Origin: Spirochaetota bacterium
GTDB lineage: Bacteria > Spirochaetota > UBA6919 > CBDBPB01
Assembly: GCA_965208615.1 (NCBI GenBank)
Contig: CBDBPB010000003.1
Coordinates: 1 to 64,000, forward strand
Direction of reading: 5' to 3'
Length of the DNA: 64,000 nucleotides
Position numbers and translations under genes: made by a program. Under the pieces are notes generated by a model. It saw only the letters and a list, made by a program, of their open reading frames with translations. It was not told the origin of the DNA and made no database searches. The first letter of the stretch is position 1. The number at the start of each line of letters is the position of its first letter. Shown here in pieces: positions 18,854-29,093 of this stretch.

Positions 18854-20815
18854 ATGAAATGGTTATCAGCATTATTTCTAATTACATTTATGATCCCAAT
18901 TGCTTATGCCATACCAAAGTCTGCTATCACTCACTTACAACAGGGTGAAAAAGCTTATAGCGATAAAAGGTATATGACTGCATTAACCAGTTATCGGAAT
19001 GCCTTAAAAGTTAATCCAAACTATAAAGAAGCTAAAATTGGTATGGGAAAAGCTTTTTATCAGCTAAAAAACTATGATAAGGCACTTAACTTTTTCAAGG
19101 ATGCCGAAAGTCAATTTAAAAATGATTATATAATAAAGGTCTGGGTCGCAAAAACCAGAATAGAACAAAAAAGATATGATAGTGCCGAATCATATTTAAG
19201 AAAGGCTATTTTTCTTTATCCCAGAGATAGTAATACCTATATGGTATATGGTGATTTATACTTTAAAAAGCAAAACTATAATAAGGCAATATCTAGTTAC
19301 GATGAAACTCTTAAAATAGTACCCAAAAATACAAAAGCTCTTATTAAAATCGCAATAACATATCTCAAGGTCAACAAGGAAGATATGGCTCTTAAGTATT
19401 TTGAAAAAGCCGAAGATATTGATAATACTAATCCCCTTACTAACTATTATTTAGGTGAATATTACTATAATAAAAAAGATTATGAGAATGCTAATCAACA
19501 CTTGAGAATATCTTTAATGGCCTCTCCTGTTCATGTTCCCAGTATGGAGATTCTCTCACAACTCCTTTATGAAAAAGAAGACTGGGAAGAGTCTAAAAGT
19601 ATTATGGAAAGGCTTATTTCTCTTAATCCAAAAAACAAAAAATATTATTATCACCTTGGTTTAGTTTATGAAAAATTAGAAAAACCTCTATTAAGTATAA
19701 ACACCTTAATGGATGGCCTTAAAATAGACATCGGTGATGAGGCAATACGATATCAGGCAGAGGAAATATATAATAATTATCGTTTTCATCCCGAAATAAA
19801 AAATATAGGAAAACCCTTATCCGATTACTGGTTTAAAAAGGGTAAGAGCTATATAAAACAAAGTTTACCAAATTATGCTTTTTTTGCTTTTAGACGAGCA
19901 CGACGTATTAATCCAAGTTTTAAAATACGATTCGAACTTGCTAAAATCTATAGGTCAAAAGGCTTTATTGATAGATATAACTTAGAGTTAAAGGATATAA
20001 AAGAAACTTTATCCCCTATAAACAGAGACTTTGATGATGAACTTCGTTTTAGCGAAAGGACTACTAGACGTCTTCTATCAAACAAAGAAGGTATTAATCA
20101 ATATGATTTACCCAAAACTAAACCTATAATTGCTTTATTACCCTTTTCAAAGAATACTAATTTTAATCATCATTACGGTGTGGATGAGCTTTATAGAAAA
20201 GTTTTATATACCACCCTTAAAATGAAAGACAGGCTTAACGTTATAATGATCGATGAAAAAAACAAGTCTGTAAAAGGATATGAACATACTGCAAAAAGTA
20301 TGAATGCTGATTTTATTATTAAAGGAGAGGTTAGGGAAAGTAATCTGGGAGTTGAGGTAAAGCTAAATATTTATAATCTGATAGATGGAGAAATCTTTAA
20401 AACTGTTAAGATATATCAAAGAGGAAATGATAGATTCCTTGTCTCTGCCGTATACCTTAGTAATAGGTTAGAGGAGCTTTTCCCTGTTTTTGCTAAGATA
20501 ATAAGGAAAAACTATAAAGAATTAATTATAACTTTGGGAAAAAGACATGGATACAAAAAAGGGGATAGGTTTTATGTTATTCCAGAGGATAGTATTTTCA
20601 AAAAAATATTAACTGATAAAAAGCTAATGAATATTGTTAGGGACAAATCTACTATAGAGCGGCTTCTTTTATCATATTTGCCAAAACCCAGATATGGAAT
20701 AGAAGAAATAGAAATCGAGGAACTTGATGAAAATATATCAAAAGCACGACTTATGACTGCTGATTTTTTTGATCAGGTTAATATTAATGACTACATCATC
20801 CATAAGCCAAAATAA
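18854..20815 (+). CDS. Exported TPR protein with C-terminal CsgG/FlgT-like region
   Basis: Signal peptide; many TPRs; IALLPF...ADFIIKGEV...LGKRHGYKKGDRF. Confidence 0.8.
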   Translation: MKWLSALFLITFMIPIAYAIPKSAITHLQQGEKAYSDKRYMTALTSYRNALKVNPNYKEAKIGMGKAFYQLKNYDKALNFFKDAESQFKNDYIIKVWVAKTRIEQKRYDSAESYLRKAIFLYPRDSNTYMVYGDLYFKKQNYNKAISSYDETLKIVPKNTKALIKIAITYLKVNKEDMALKYFEKAEDIDNTNPLTNYYLGEYYYNKKDYENANQHLRISLMASPVHVPSMEILSQLLYEKEDWEESKSIMERLISLNPKNKKYYYHLGLVYEKLEKPLLSINTLMDGLKIDIGDEAIRYQAEEIYNNYRFHPEIKNIGKPLSDYWFKKGKSYIKQSLPNYAFFAFRRARRINPSFKIRFELAKIYRSKGFIDRYNLELKDIKETLSPINRDFDDELRFSERTTRRLLSNKEGINQYDLPKTKPIIALLPFSKNTNFNHHYGVDELYRKVLYTTLKMKDRLNVIMIDEKNKSVKGYEHTAKSMNADFIIKGEVRESNLGVEVKLNIYNLIDGEIFKTVKIYQRGNDRFLVSAVYLSNRLEELFPVFAKIIRKNYKELIITLGKRHGYKKGDRFYVIPEDSIFKKILTDKKLMNIVRDKSTIERLLLSYLPKPRYGIEEIEIEELDENISKARLMTADFFDQVNINDYIIHKPK

Positions 20816-21323
20816 GCGTCATATCATATTAGTTGGCTTTAGGGGAGTAGGAAAGTCTAGCATTGCTGAATTATTAAGCAAAAGGCTGTGTTATCCTTTT
20901 TACGACTCCGACAGGGATATAACTAATATAACAAATTTATCTGTATCAGATATATTCAAAATACACAAAGAAAACTACTTTCGACAAATAGAAGAATATA
21001 TTATTGAGATGAGATGTTTATCCTTATCCCCTATTATACTGTCTACTGGTGGCGGAGTTGTTATATCAAAAAGAAATAGAGATATTATTACAAAAAGCGG
21101 TACTGTTATTTTATTAACAGCATCAGAAAATACTATATTAGATAGAATAAAAAGGGATAATAAGCGTCCTCCGTTAACCGATAAGCCTATTAGGGATGAA
21201 ATCACTCATCTTCTTAGCCTCCGCAAGCCTTATTATTCATCCATAAAAGACTTTGAAATAGATACTTCATTTATTAGCCCTAATGATGCCGTTGAACGTA
21301 TTATACATTGTATTCAAGAATAA
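20787..21323 (+). CDS. aroK: Shikimate kinase
   Basis: LVGFRGVGKS, DSDRDI, STGGGVV, RPPL. Confidence 0.93.
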   Translation: MTTSSISQNKRHIILVGFRGVGKSSIAELLSKRLCYPFYDSDRDITNITNLSVSDIFKIHKENYFRQIEEYIIEMRCLSLSPIILSTGGGVVISKRNRDIITKSGTVILLTASENTILDRIKRDNKRPPLTDKPIRDEITHLLSLRKPYYSSIKDFEIDTSFISPNDAVERIIHCIQE

Positions 21324-21457
21324 TTAAATAATAACCCTTATAAGTTTAAAATATTTAATATGAAAAATTGTACTTAATACAAATTGTTAGTGTTATTGAA
21401 TTATACATAGAAACCTTATATCAATCTATATTGGCAGTTAAAAAAAAGGAAAAACTA

Positions 21458-21823
21458 ATGATTGATCAAAGAAAAGATGATCGTCATGATACCTTTTGGA
21501 CAGTATCAAAAAATGATCAAAAAACAAATAAAGAAGAAATAATTGGCTATATATTAAACTTTAGTAAAAGCGGTATAGAACTATGGGTAGATAAAAATAA
21601 TGAAATAGAAAACTTTTTTCATATTCGTATATATCCACCTCTTAAGGTGGATAGTAATCCCATAGAATTCGATGTTGAATGCAAATGGAAAAAAAATGAT
21701 GAAGATAACCTATTTTATACTGTGGGATGCCAATTTAAAAACCTTACTCATGAAAAACAAAAAGAAATAAATAAATTATCAAACAATACTATTAATAATA
21801 TTATATCCCCTACAAACGATTAG
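21458..21823 (+). CDS. Stand-alone PilZ-domain protein
   Basis: QRKDDR (RxxxR) and NFSKSG (D/NxSxxG); VGCQF; start follows AAGGA. Confidence 0.82.
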   Translation: MIDQRKDDRHDTFWTVSKNDQKTNKEEIIGYILNFSKSGIELWVDKNNEIENFFHIRIYPPLKVDSNPIEFDVECKWKKNDEDNLFYTVGCQFKNLTHEKQKEINKLSNNTINNIISPTND

Positions 21824-21912
21824 GAAACTATTAAACGATTAACTATCACTTAATTAACTTAAGGGAGTATAAAATTGATACGGTTTACAGATAAAATTTA
21901 AGGAGCATAATA

Positions 21913-22836
21913 ATGAGATTAATAACACGATCCGATTTTGACGGATTAGTATGTGCGGCTATCTTAAGAGAATTAAAAATTGTTAATAGTTATCTATATA
22001 CACATCCCAAAGACCTTCAAGACAACAAGATAGCCGTTAACAAAAATGATGTGTTAGTAAATGTACCGTATGTTGAAGGATGCGGTTTGTGGTTTGATCA
22101 CCATACCAGCGAGGAAAATAGAATTAAAAATAAAGTAGAATTTAAAGGTTCATTCTCCCCAGAACCTAGTGCAGCTAGAGTAATATACAACTACTATAAA
22201 AATAATAACATCTATACAGAAAAACTAAAACAATTCGAGGATATGGTAAAATGGGTAGACTATACTGACTCCGGACAGTTTACAAAAGAAGATGTCCTAA
22301 ACCCTAAAGGATGGGTACTACTCGCATTACTCGCTGATCCAAGAACTAACCTAGGATATACTAAAGAATATTCCATAAGTAATTTTGAGCTTATGAAAAC
22401 ATTACCTGATATGCTTATTAAGTATAAATCCCCATATGATATACTAGACCTACCAAACTTCAAAGAACGCGTTATACAATACAAAGAGGAAAATGAAAAA
22501 TATATTGCTTTTATAAAAGAAAAAGCTAAAATTACTAAAAATATAATCCTGCTAGACTTTAGAAAAGAAGATAAAATACCAAGTGGAAACAGGTTTATTG
22601 AATACGTTTTATTCCCAAAACAAAATATATCCCTTAGACTGGTCAATGGTAAAAATAAAGAGTTCATTATGATTTCAGTGGGATACAGTATTATAAATCC
22701 AAGCTCCAACGTTGATGTGGGCAAACTTATGCAAAAGTACGGTGGAGGCGGACATAAAAAAGTAGGAACGTGTCAGCTAAAACCTAAAGAAACCGATAGT
22801 AAGCTAAAAGAAATAATAGATCATATAACCACTTGA
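21913..22836 (+). CDS. DHH-family phosphoesterase (nanoRNase / exopolyphosphatase-like)
   Basis: RLITRSDFDGL, WFDHH, PSAAR, GGGGH. Confidence 0.9.
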   Translation: MRLITRSDFDGLVCAAILRELKIVNSYLYTHPKDLQDNKIAVNKNDVLVNVPYVEGCGLWFDHHTSEENRIKNKVEFKGSFSPEPSAARVIYNYYKNNNIYTEKLKQFEDMVKWVDYTDSGQFTKEDVLNPKGWVLLALLADPRTNLGYTKEYSISNFELMKTLPDMLIKYKSPYDILDLPNFKERVIQYKEENEKYIAFIKEKAKITKNIILLDFRKEDKIPSGNRFIEYVLFPKQNISLRLVNGKNKEFIMISVGYSIINPSSNVDVGKLMQKYGGGGHKKVGTCQLKPKETDSKLKEIIDHITT

Positions 22837-22840
22837 TATA

Positions 22841-24472
22841 TTAAGATATTCTTTCCCAAATTACCATTTTAGAAATAGTAATCCTTTGTTTATAGTTATC
22901 GTTGATATAGTTATAAACCTGAAAATAGTTTTTTATAGGATAACGTTTATATCCTTCATAATCACTGAAAGAAGTATCAATAATATATCTTGGCTTTTTT
23001 TGCTTAAAGTCCTTCACCAGAATATCTAAAAAATGACTCATCCTTTCTGAAGAAAAAGTAATACTATATTGATCTGCCTCATCAAAGTTCTTACCAATTC
23101 CAGAGTTTTCTAATGTAATAAGATTGAATATAAAAAATCGTCCTCCTAGTCTACGATTGCTAAAGTAATAAAACTGGGGACACTCTCCCCAAACAAATAT
23201 CTTATCATAAGAAGTTGAATTATCCCTAATCCACTTAGTAACATCTTTATACTCAGGCCTTTCAACTAAGTAGTTCATACTTCTTGGCGTTAGCGGGTTT
23301 TTTACATAATATTTTTTATAAATATCATGGTAATGCCAAATACTAAAACCAATTATAATAAAAATAATCAATCCGTTGAATAGTATAACATATCCCCTTT
23401 TCTGAAAAGCAGTTTTCCACCAAGAAAAATGAAATCCTCCAATTAGTGCAAGGGAAGGAAGATATTGCATAAAATAATGATAATAAAAACGAACCCCCCC
23501 TAAGAATATGGGAATATAAGAAAATATGAAAAAAAGAAAAAGAAAATAAGCTTTTTCACGATCAGCATTCTTAGAGCTTAAACTAAAAATAAACCTCTTA
23601 ACAAAGGTAATAAACCCAATCCATAAAACTAACTGAACAAAAAACAGTAAACCTTGTCTTTCTATAAACTTAAAAAAGATAGTTTTAAAAGATGCTCCAC
23701 TTGCCTCAATATAGCTAAAATTGAATTGCCAACCCCAAAAAAGAGCTCCTTCAAGATATCCAGCAAAATACATGAATAAATGAGAAATAACTAAAAAAAC
23801 TAAAAACCATAATCCAATATTAAAAGCTAATACAAAATTAGCTTTATAAGATAAGCCTTTTTTTAAAAGTGGTTCAACTAAAAGAAGATAAAAAATAATT
23901 GCTCCTAAAAGGAGTACTGCCTGATGCTTAACTAAAAGGGAAATAGTAAGTAAAAAACTAATAGTAATAACTAAAATATATCTTTTGCTTTGTCCAAAAT
24001 GACGTTTAACAAAAAAATAACATGCCATTGAAACAGGAAGATTAAATATTACTTCTAAATTAGAAGCCATAAAGCTCTCTTCAAAAGCCGTTATGAATAT
24101 ACCATAACTTAGTGCGGCAAAATAACTTTTTGAATAGTCCTTAGTTAAAAATAGAATAATCTTGTATAAATAAAAACTAGTAAAAACTACAATAAAAATT
24201 GTAATCATATGAATGGCGTATAAATTATTACTGCCAAAAAAGAAAAAAATAAAAGCATAAATATAATCCATTAAAGGAAGTTTATGGTTTACATAGTCCT
24301 TATAAGGAATACCTCCTTCTAAAATCTCAGTACCCTGTATGGCTAAAATAATTTCATCTGTATTATAGTAATCATTGAATAGAGTAGGAAGTCGAAAAAT
24401 AAATACGATAAAAGATATTATAAGTAATACCTTCCACGGTTTTTGGTCTGATAAAAGTAGTCTATGGAACAT
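22841..24472 (-). CDS. GT-C integral-membrane glycosyltransferase (ArnT/PMT-like)
   Basis: DE motif in the first loop, PYKDYVNHKLP, many TMs, HYFMQYLP. Confidence 0.85.
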   Translation of the reverse strand: MFHRLLLSDQKPWKVLLIISFIVFIFRLPTLFNDYYNTDEIILAIQGTEILEGGIPYKDYVNHKLPLMDYIYAFIFFFFGSNNLYAIHMITIFIVVFTSFYLYKIILFLTKDYSKSYFAALSYGIFITAFEESFMASNLEVIFNLPVSMACYFFVKRHFGQSKRYILVITISFLLTISLLVKHQAVLLLGAIIFYLLLVEPLLKKGLSYKANFVLAFNIGLWFLVFLVISHLFMYFAGYLEGALFWGWQFNFSYIEASGASFKTIFFKFIERQGLLFFVQLVLWIGFITFVKRFIFSLSSKNADREKAYFLFLFFIFSYIPIFLGGVRFYYHYFMQYLPSLALIGGFHFSWWKTAFQKRGYVILFNGLIIFIIIGFSIWHYHDIYKKYYVKNPLTPRSMNYLVERPEYKDVTKWIRDNSTSYDKIFVWGECPQFYYFSNRRLGGRFFIFNLITLENSGIGKNFDEADQYSITFSSERMSHFLDILVKDFKQKKPRYIIDTSFSDYEGYKRYPIKNYFQVYNYINDNYKQRITISKMVIWERIS

Positions 24473-24799
24473 AAATAGTTAAACTTCCTGGTTAAAAGCT
24501 AAAAATATTAATGACTTTACTTAACTTAAAATAAAAGTTATTCTATTAATATGACCACATTAGCTGGTATTAGTTTTTTTTATATAAACTTTATTGGTAT
24601 AAAAGAATAACAAGTGATCTCACAAATGTCAAGAGTTATTTAGCCATAAAAATATTAAATTAAACAATAAGACAAACTCTCAATAAAAATGGTAAAAGTA
24701 CAGTATAAAACTAAATACAAGAAAAGATCATATATTACTTGACATTATATTAAGTTAATGTTAAATTAACCTAATATTAAATTTAATATCTAGTATCAA

Positions 24800-27292
24800 A
24801 TGTCTTCTATCTTTTCTAATCAAGCTATCAACTATATCAAAACCGAAATACAAAAAGCAAATGGAAATGAAGTTTTTTTTATTGGTTCCAAAAAAAATAG
24901 TAAGCAAATTAACACTATTAGCCATATAGCTCGTGGAAATAAAAACGAAGTCCCTGTAATATATGATCAGGCCTTCAAAGGGGACTATGTTATCCATAAT
25001 CACCCTAGTGAGAATCTTAGCCCTTCTCATAATGATCTATCCATAGCAAGCTATCTTGGTAATCAGGGTATTGGCTTTATCATAGTGAATAATACTGCTG
25101 ACAAAAGCTATGTAGTTGTAGAAGGTGTTGATAATTCTGAAATAAGCCCCATAAATATTAGTGAACTACTTTCCTTATTTGATGAGAAGGGTAAAATAGC
25201 TACCCACTTTAACTCTTTTGAACTTAGGGAACCTCAAGTTAAAATGCTTAAAATAATTGCAGAGGCATTTAATGATAACAATATCGCCATAATTGAGGCT
25301 GGTACAGGTGTAGGAAAGTCTATAGCATACCTTATACCAACAATATACTGGGCAACTACTAATAATGAAAAAGTAATTATATCCACAAATACTATTAATC
25401 TCCAAGAACAGCTCTATAACAAAGACATTCCCTTTTTGAAAAAAGCCTTGGATATAAACTTTAAAGCTGTAGTAGTTAAAGGAAGAGCTAATTATATTTG
25501 CTTAAAAAAACTTTATTCCAGCAAAAATGACATGAATAATGAGCTTTTTGAGCCTTTTGAAAAAACATGGATAAAAAGTCTTATATCTGCTATACCTAAT
25601 CTGAAAGAAGGTACTAAAGATGAACTAATCACCATAACCAATATGGAAGGATGGTATAAAATTGCATCTGAGTCTGATACATGCCTTAGAACTAAGTGTA
25701 ATTTCTTTTCAAAATGTTTTTTCTTCATAGCACGAAAAGAGGTCAATCAAGCAAATATTTTAGTGGTTAATCATCATATTTTATGCAGTGACATTATTAT
25801 CAAAAATGATGCAGGTGACTCCTACGGCCTGCTACCCCCGTATAATAAAGTTATTATTGATGAGGCTCACAACCTAGAACATGTTGCAATAAACTATTTA
25901 GGTAAATATACCTCTCAAAGTAAATTAAAAAAAGCTATTTCTAGAATATATTATTTAAAAGGCTCTGCAGAAAAAGGAATATTATCCCATATCAAAAGAG
26001 AAATTAAAACAAACTGGTCTAACTCAGGATATGAAATAGTCGATGAGCTAACTAATCTATTTAATAATGAGTTAACATCGAGTATTCTGTCCATCAACCC
26101 TCTAATAGATAGCTTTTTTCTATTTATAACAGACTACACCCTAAAACAGCTAAATAATAAACAAGATACACTGCGTATTATTCCTGATAATCTGCCTGGT
26201 GACTTTGCTAATAACCTTAATAATCTTGGTGGTGAACTTGTTAACATAATTATAAACCTTAATGATAAACTAGTTAACATAATTAGTAAACTCTATGAAT
26301 TGCCTTTCCATATTAGAGAAGAGCTTTTAGATAATATTAATACACTAAAAGCATATACCAATAGACTGCTTTTATCTGCCATATCTCTAGATACGTTTAT
26401 TAACTTCAAAGACAATGATACCGTTTATTGGATAGAAGTCAAAAAAAACCATAATACTACTGTAAATTTAAATGTATCCCCATTAAATATTGCCGATGTT
26501 TTATGTGATACTTTTTTTTCCACCAAAGAAAGCATTATATTAACTTCTGCTACTTTAACTAGTAATAATAGCTTTCACTTTCTAAAACAAGAGCTTGGAA
26601 TCTTAAATATCGATAATAGCGATAGACTAGTTGAAATCGCTTTACCATCCTCATTTGACTATGAAAAACAAATGTCTATATGCATTCCAACAGATATACC
26701 CCTACCTAACGAAAAAACCTTTAATAATATGGTAACCTCTTTACTAATTAAGATCTTAGAGTTAACCAAAGGTAAAACTTTTATTTTATTTACGTCCTAC
26801 GGCATGCTAAATTATAGTCATGAGGTTTTATCTAATCATTTTAAAAACTCTATAACCCTATTAAAACAGGGAGATATTAATCGTCATTCCATAATAAACA
26901 AGTTTAAGACAGGCAGTAACTCTGTAGTATTAGGAACAGATTCCTTTTGGGAAGGTGTTGACGTTGCTGGTAATTCATTGGAATGCGTTATACTAATAAA
27001 ACTTCCTTTTTCTGTTCCTAGTGATCCCATACATCAAGGTAAGGTAGAGAGGATCGAACAAAATGGGGGAAATCCTTTTTATGACTATTCAATACCAAAA
27101 TCTGTAATTAAGTTTAGACAAGGATTTGGTAGACTAATAAGAACTACTAAGGATAAGGGTATTGTTATATGTTTAGACAAAAGGATTATAACAAAATCCT
27201 ATGGTAAGATATTTCTTAATTCTTTACCAAAGTGCAAAGTGGTTATTGGGGATAATTTTAAACTATTGAAAGAAATAGTTAAATACTTTTAA
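24800..27292 (+). CDS. dinG: DinG/YoaA-family helicase with N-terminal JAB/RadC-like domain
   Basis: EAGTGVGKS, KGRANYIC, IIDEAH, TSATL, FWEGVDV, QGFGRLIR; N-terminal HNHPS...PS..D. Confidence 0.92.
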   Translation: MSSIFSNQAINYIKTEIQKANGNEVFFIGSKKNSKQINTISHIARGNKNEVPVIYDQAFKGDYVIHNHPSENLSPSHNDLSIASYLGNQGIGFIIVNNTADKSYVVVEGVDNSEISPINISELLSLFDEKGKIATHFNSFELREPQVKMLKIIAEAFNDNNIAIIEAGTGVGKSIAYLIPTIYWATTNNEKVIISTNTINLQEQLYNKDIPFLKKALDINFKAVVVKGRANYICLKKLYSSKNDMNNELFEPFEKTWIKSLISAIPNLKEGTKDELITITNMEGWYKIASESDTCLRTKCNFFSKCFFFIARKEVNQANILVVNHHILCSDIIIKNDAGDSYGLLPPYNKVIIDEAHNLEHVAINYLGKYTSQSKLKKAISRIYYLKGSAEKGILSHIKREIKTNWSNSGYEIVDELTNLFNNELTSSILSINPLIDSFFLFITDYTLKQLNNKQDTLRIIPDNLPGDFANNLNNLGGELVNIIINLNDKLVNIISKLYELPFHIREELLDNINTLKAYTNRLLLSAISLDTFINFKDNDTVYWIEVKKNHNTTVNLNVSPLNIADVLCDTFFSTKESIILTSATLTSNNSFHFLKQELGILNIDNSDRLVEIALPSSFDYEKQMSICIPTDIPLPNEKTFNNMVTSLLIKILELTKGKTFILFTSYGMLNYSHEVLSNHFKNSITLLKQGDINRHSIINKFKTGSNSVVLGTDSFWEGVDVAGNSLECVILIKLPFSVPSDPIHQGKVERIEQNGGNPFYDYSIPKSVIKFRQGFGRLIRTTKDKGIVICLDKRIITKSYGKIFLNSLPKCKVVIGDNFKLLKEIVKYF

Positions 27293-27522
27293 AAAGCTTC
27301 TTCAAACTTAATAGCACTTGCTTTTATGTTATAATGATTTTCTTTTGGACCTAGTTTTTTTAATATTTTTTCATTAATCTGTTTTTTTATTTTTTCGTTA
27401 CCACAACGAGGACACAGAAAAATAGGATAATTTAATACGGTTACAAATTTCTCTTCATTAACTAAAAAGTCTATTTTCCATTTTGCCTCAATCATTATCG
27501 TATTACAGTATAAACATTTCAT
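27289..27522 (-). CDS. YgiT/MqsA-type zinc-finger protein
   Basis: MKCLYC...CPRCG. Confidence 0.7.
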   Translation of the reverse strand: MKCLYCNTIMIEAKWKIDFLVNEEKFVTVLNYPIFLCPRCGNEKIKKQINEKILKKLGPKENHYNIKASAIKFEEAF

Positions 27523-27756
27523 TGCGTTCCCTAATCGGTTTTATAAAAGATAAAGAAACTTTAGTAAAATGTCAAACTATTTTTTATTTTATACTTATAT
27601 AATAAAGACTTCTACTAAATATAATAAAAAGATATTTTATGATATTTTAACAAGTTAGAAATGGTATCGGTTAACAATTTATTTATCACCTTATGATAAA
27701 ATATTTAAGTTAACCAGTATAAAAAGTAAGTGTTAGAACGTTTTTACAATAGTCTA

Positions 27757-28392
27757 TTAAAACAGCTTAGGCTTTTCTATAGTGCTTATTGTTCGAAAAA
27801 AGTTTAAAGCCGTATCAGTTGACCAGTCATGAGCTTTACTCACAATCTTTCCCAGTATGGTATTATCTTTAGCAATTAAATATGTTGTAGGAGTTTTAAG
27901 TTTATCCACAAACTTTTTATAAAGAATATTATTAGGGTCTAGTAGGATAGTAAAATTATATCCATTCATTTCCGCATACAGTGGTATTGATTCTTTATCC
28001 TGATTAAGGCATACACTTACTATTACAAAATTGGGATCATTCTTAACCTTTTGATATAACTTCTCAACCGTAGGCATCTCCTTAGTACAATATGGACACC
28101 ATGTAGCCCAAAAAATAAGGAGTATCATTTTATTTTTAAACTGTGCATTAGTTATTTTATTTCCGTTAATGTCCTCTAGTTCAAAGGCAGGCATACTATC
28201 CACCTTAAGGTTAAGTGGAGCTTTAAAGTCAAGTAACTTAAAAGATTCCTTTATATTAAGCTTAGTTTTTTGCACTTCTACTTTTTTGTCTTGTGTTTTA
28301 TTTGTAACTTTCTTTGTATTACATTGTACAAGAGTATATACTAAAGACAAACAAATAAAAAAATAAAATATTTTACGAATTACCATTATCAA
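27757..28392 (-). CDS. TlpA-family thiol-disulfide oxidoreductase (probable lipoprotein)
   Basis: FWATWCPYC..EMP; N-terminal signal ending LVQC. Confidence 0.9.
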   Translation of the reverse strand: MIMVIRKIFYFFICLSLVYTLVQCNTKKVTNKTQDKKVEVQKTKLNIKESFKLLDFKAPLNLKVDSMPAFELEDINGNKITNAQFKNKMILLIFWATWCPYCTKEMPTVEKLYQKVKNDPNFVIVSVCLNQDKESIPLYAEMNGYNFTILLDPNNILYKKFVDKLKTPTTYLIAKDNTILGKIVSKAHDWSTDTALNFFRTISTIEKPKLF

Positions 28393-28418
28393 CCCCCAAT
28401 ATATTTAAACAAAAAGTC

Positions 28419-28913
28419 TTATTGTTTTAAAGAATTTATAATATTTAAAATTTCATCCTCAATTAGCTTAATACTTTTTTCAACTATCTCTATTTTTTCA
28501 CTTTCTTTTGGCATATCCAAAAACCTTATAGCATTACTAGCCAAAAAAGTACCAACAACTACGTCATTACCCTTTTGATATATATAAATTTTACAGGGAA
28601 TAAAAGCTCCAAAGTCTCTTGTTATTTTAAATATTTCTTTCCCTATAGTTAAATTGCAAAACTGATATACCTTATACTTTGGAAAATCTTCACCTCTTGC
28701 TTTCATTCCAGCTTGTATATCCAAAGCAGGTTCAAATACTCTCATATTAGCTCCAGAGAGTTCAGCCTCTAAAAGCGTTGCTATAGTATCAAAATCAGCA
28801 TCTTTGATTGTTATTTTATATATAGGATTAGTCCAACTACAACCTACCGCAAAAAATAAAAGTGTTAAAGTTAGTATCATAAAGTGTTTTTTTATCTTGT
28901 GTAATTTAAACAT
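28419..28913 (-). CDS. DUF302-domain lipoprotein
   Basis: YQFCN...GAFIPCKIYIY; lipobox FAVGC; DUF302 is common in sox clusters. Confidence 0.82.
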   Translation of the reverse strand: MFKLHKIKKHFMILTLTLLFFAVGCSWTNPIYKITIKDADFDTIATLLEAELSGANMRVFEPALDIQAGMKARGEDFPKYKVYQFCNLTIGKEIFKITRDFGAFIPCKIYIYQKGNDVVVGTFLASNAIRFLDMPKESEKIEIVEKSIKLIEDEILNIINSLKQ

Positions 28914-28982
28914 ATTATTCCTCTCAAAAGAGTTTATTTTGTTAAAATATTTTTAAAAGCTAAATAATGGATAGTTAAAATT

Positions 28983-29012
28983 GAATAACCAACTTGTTAA
29001 AGCTGGTTATTC
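28983..29012 (-). terminator. Hairpin downstream of soxB
   Basis: GAATAACCAAC...GCTGGTTATTC inverted repeat. Confidence 0.5.
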
Positions 29013-29093
29013 TAAACAATTAATTTTCTTAAAATAAGCAATCTGTATAAATAGACTATATAAAGTTTAGCAGGTTTAGTTTATATTAGAATG

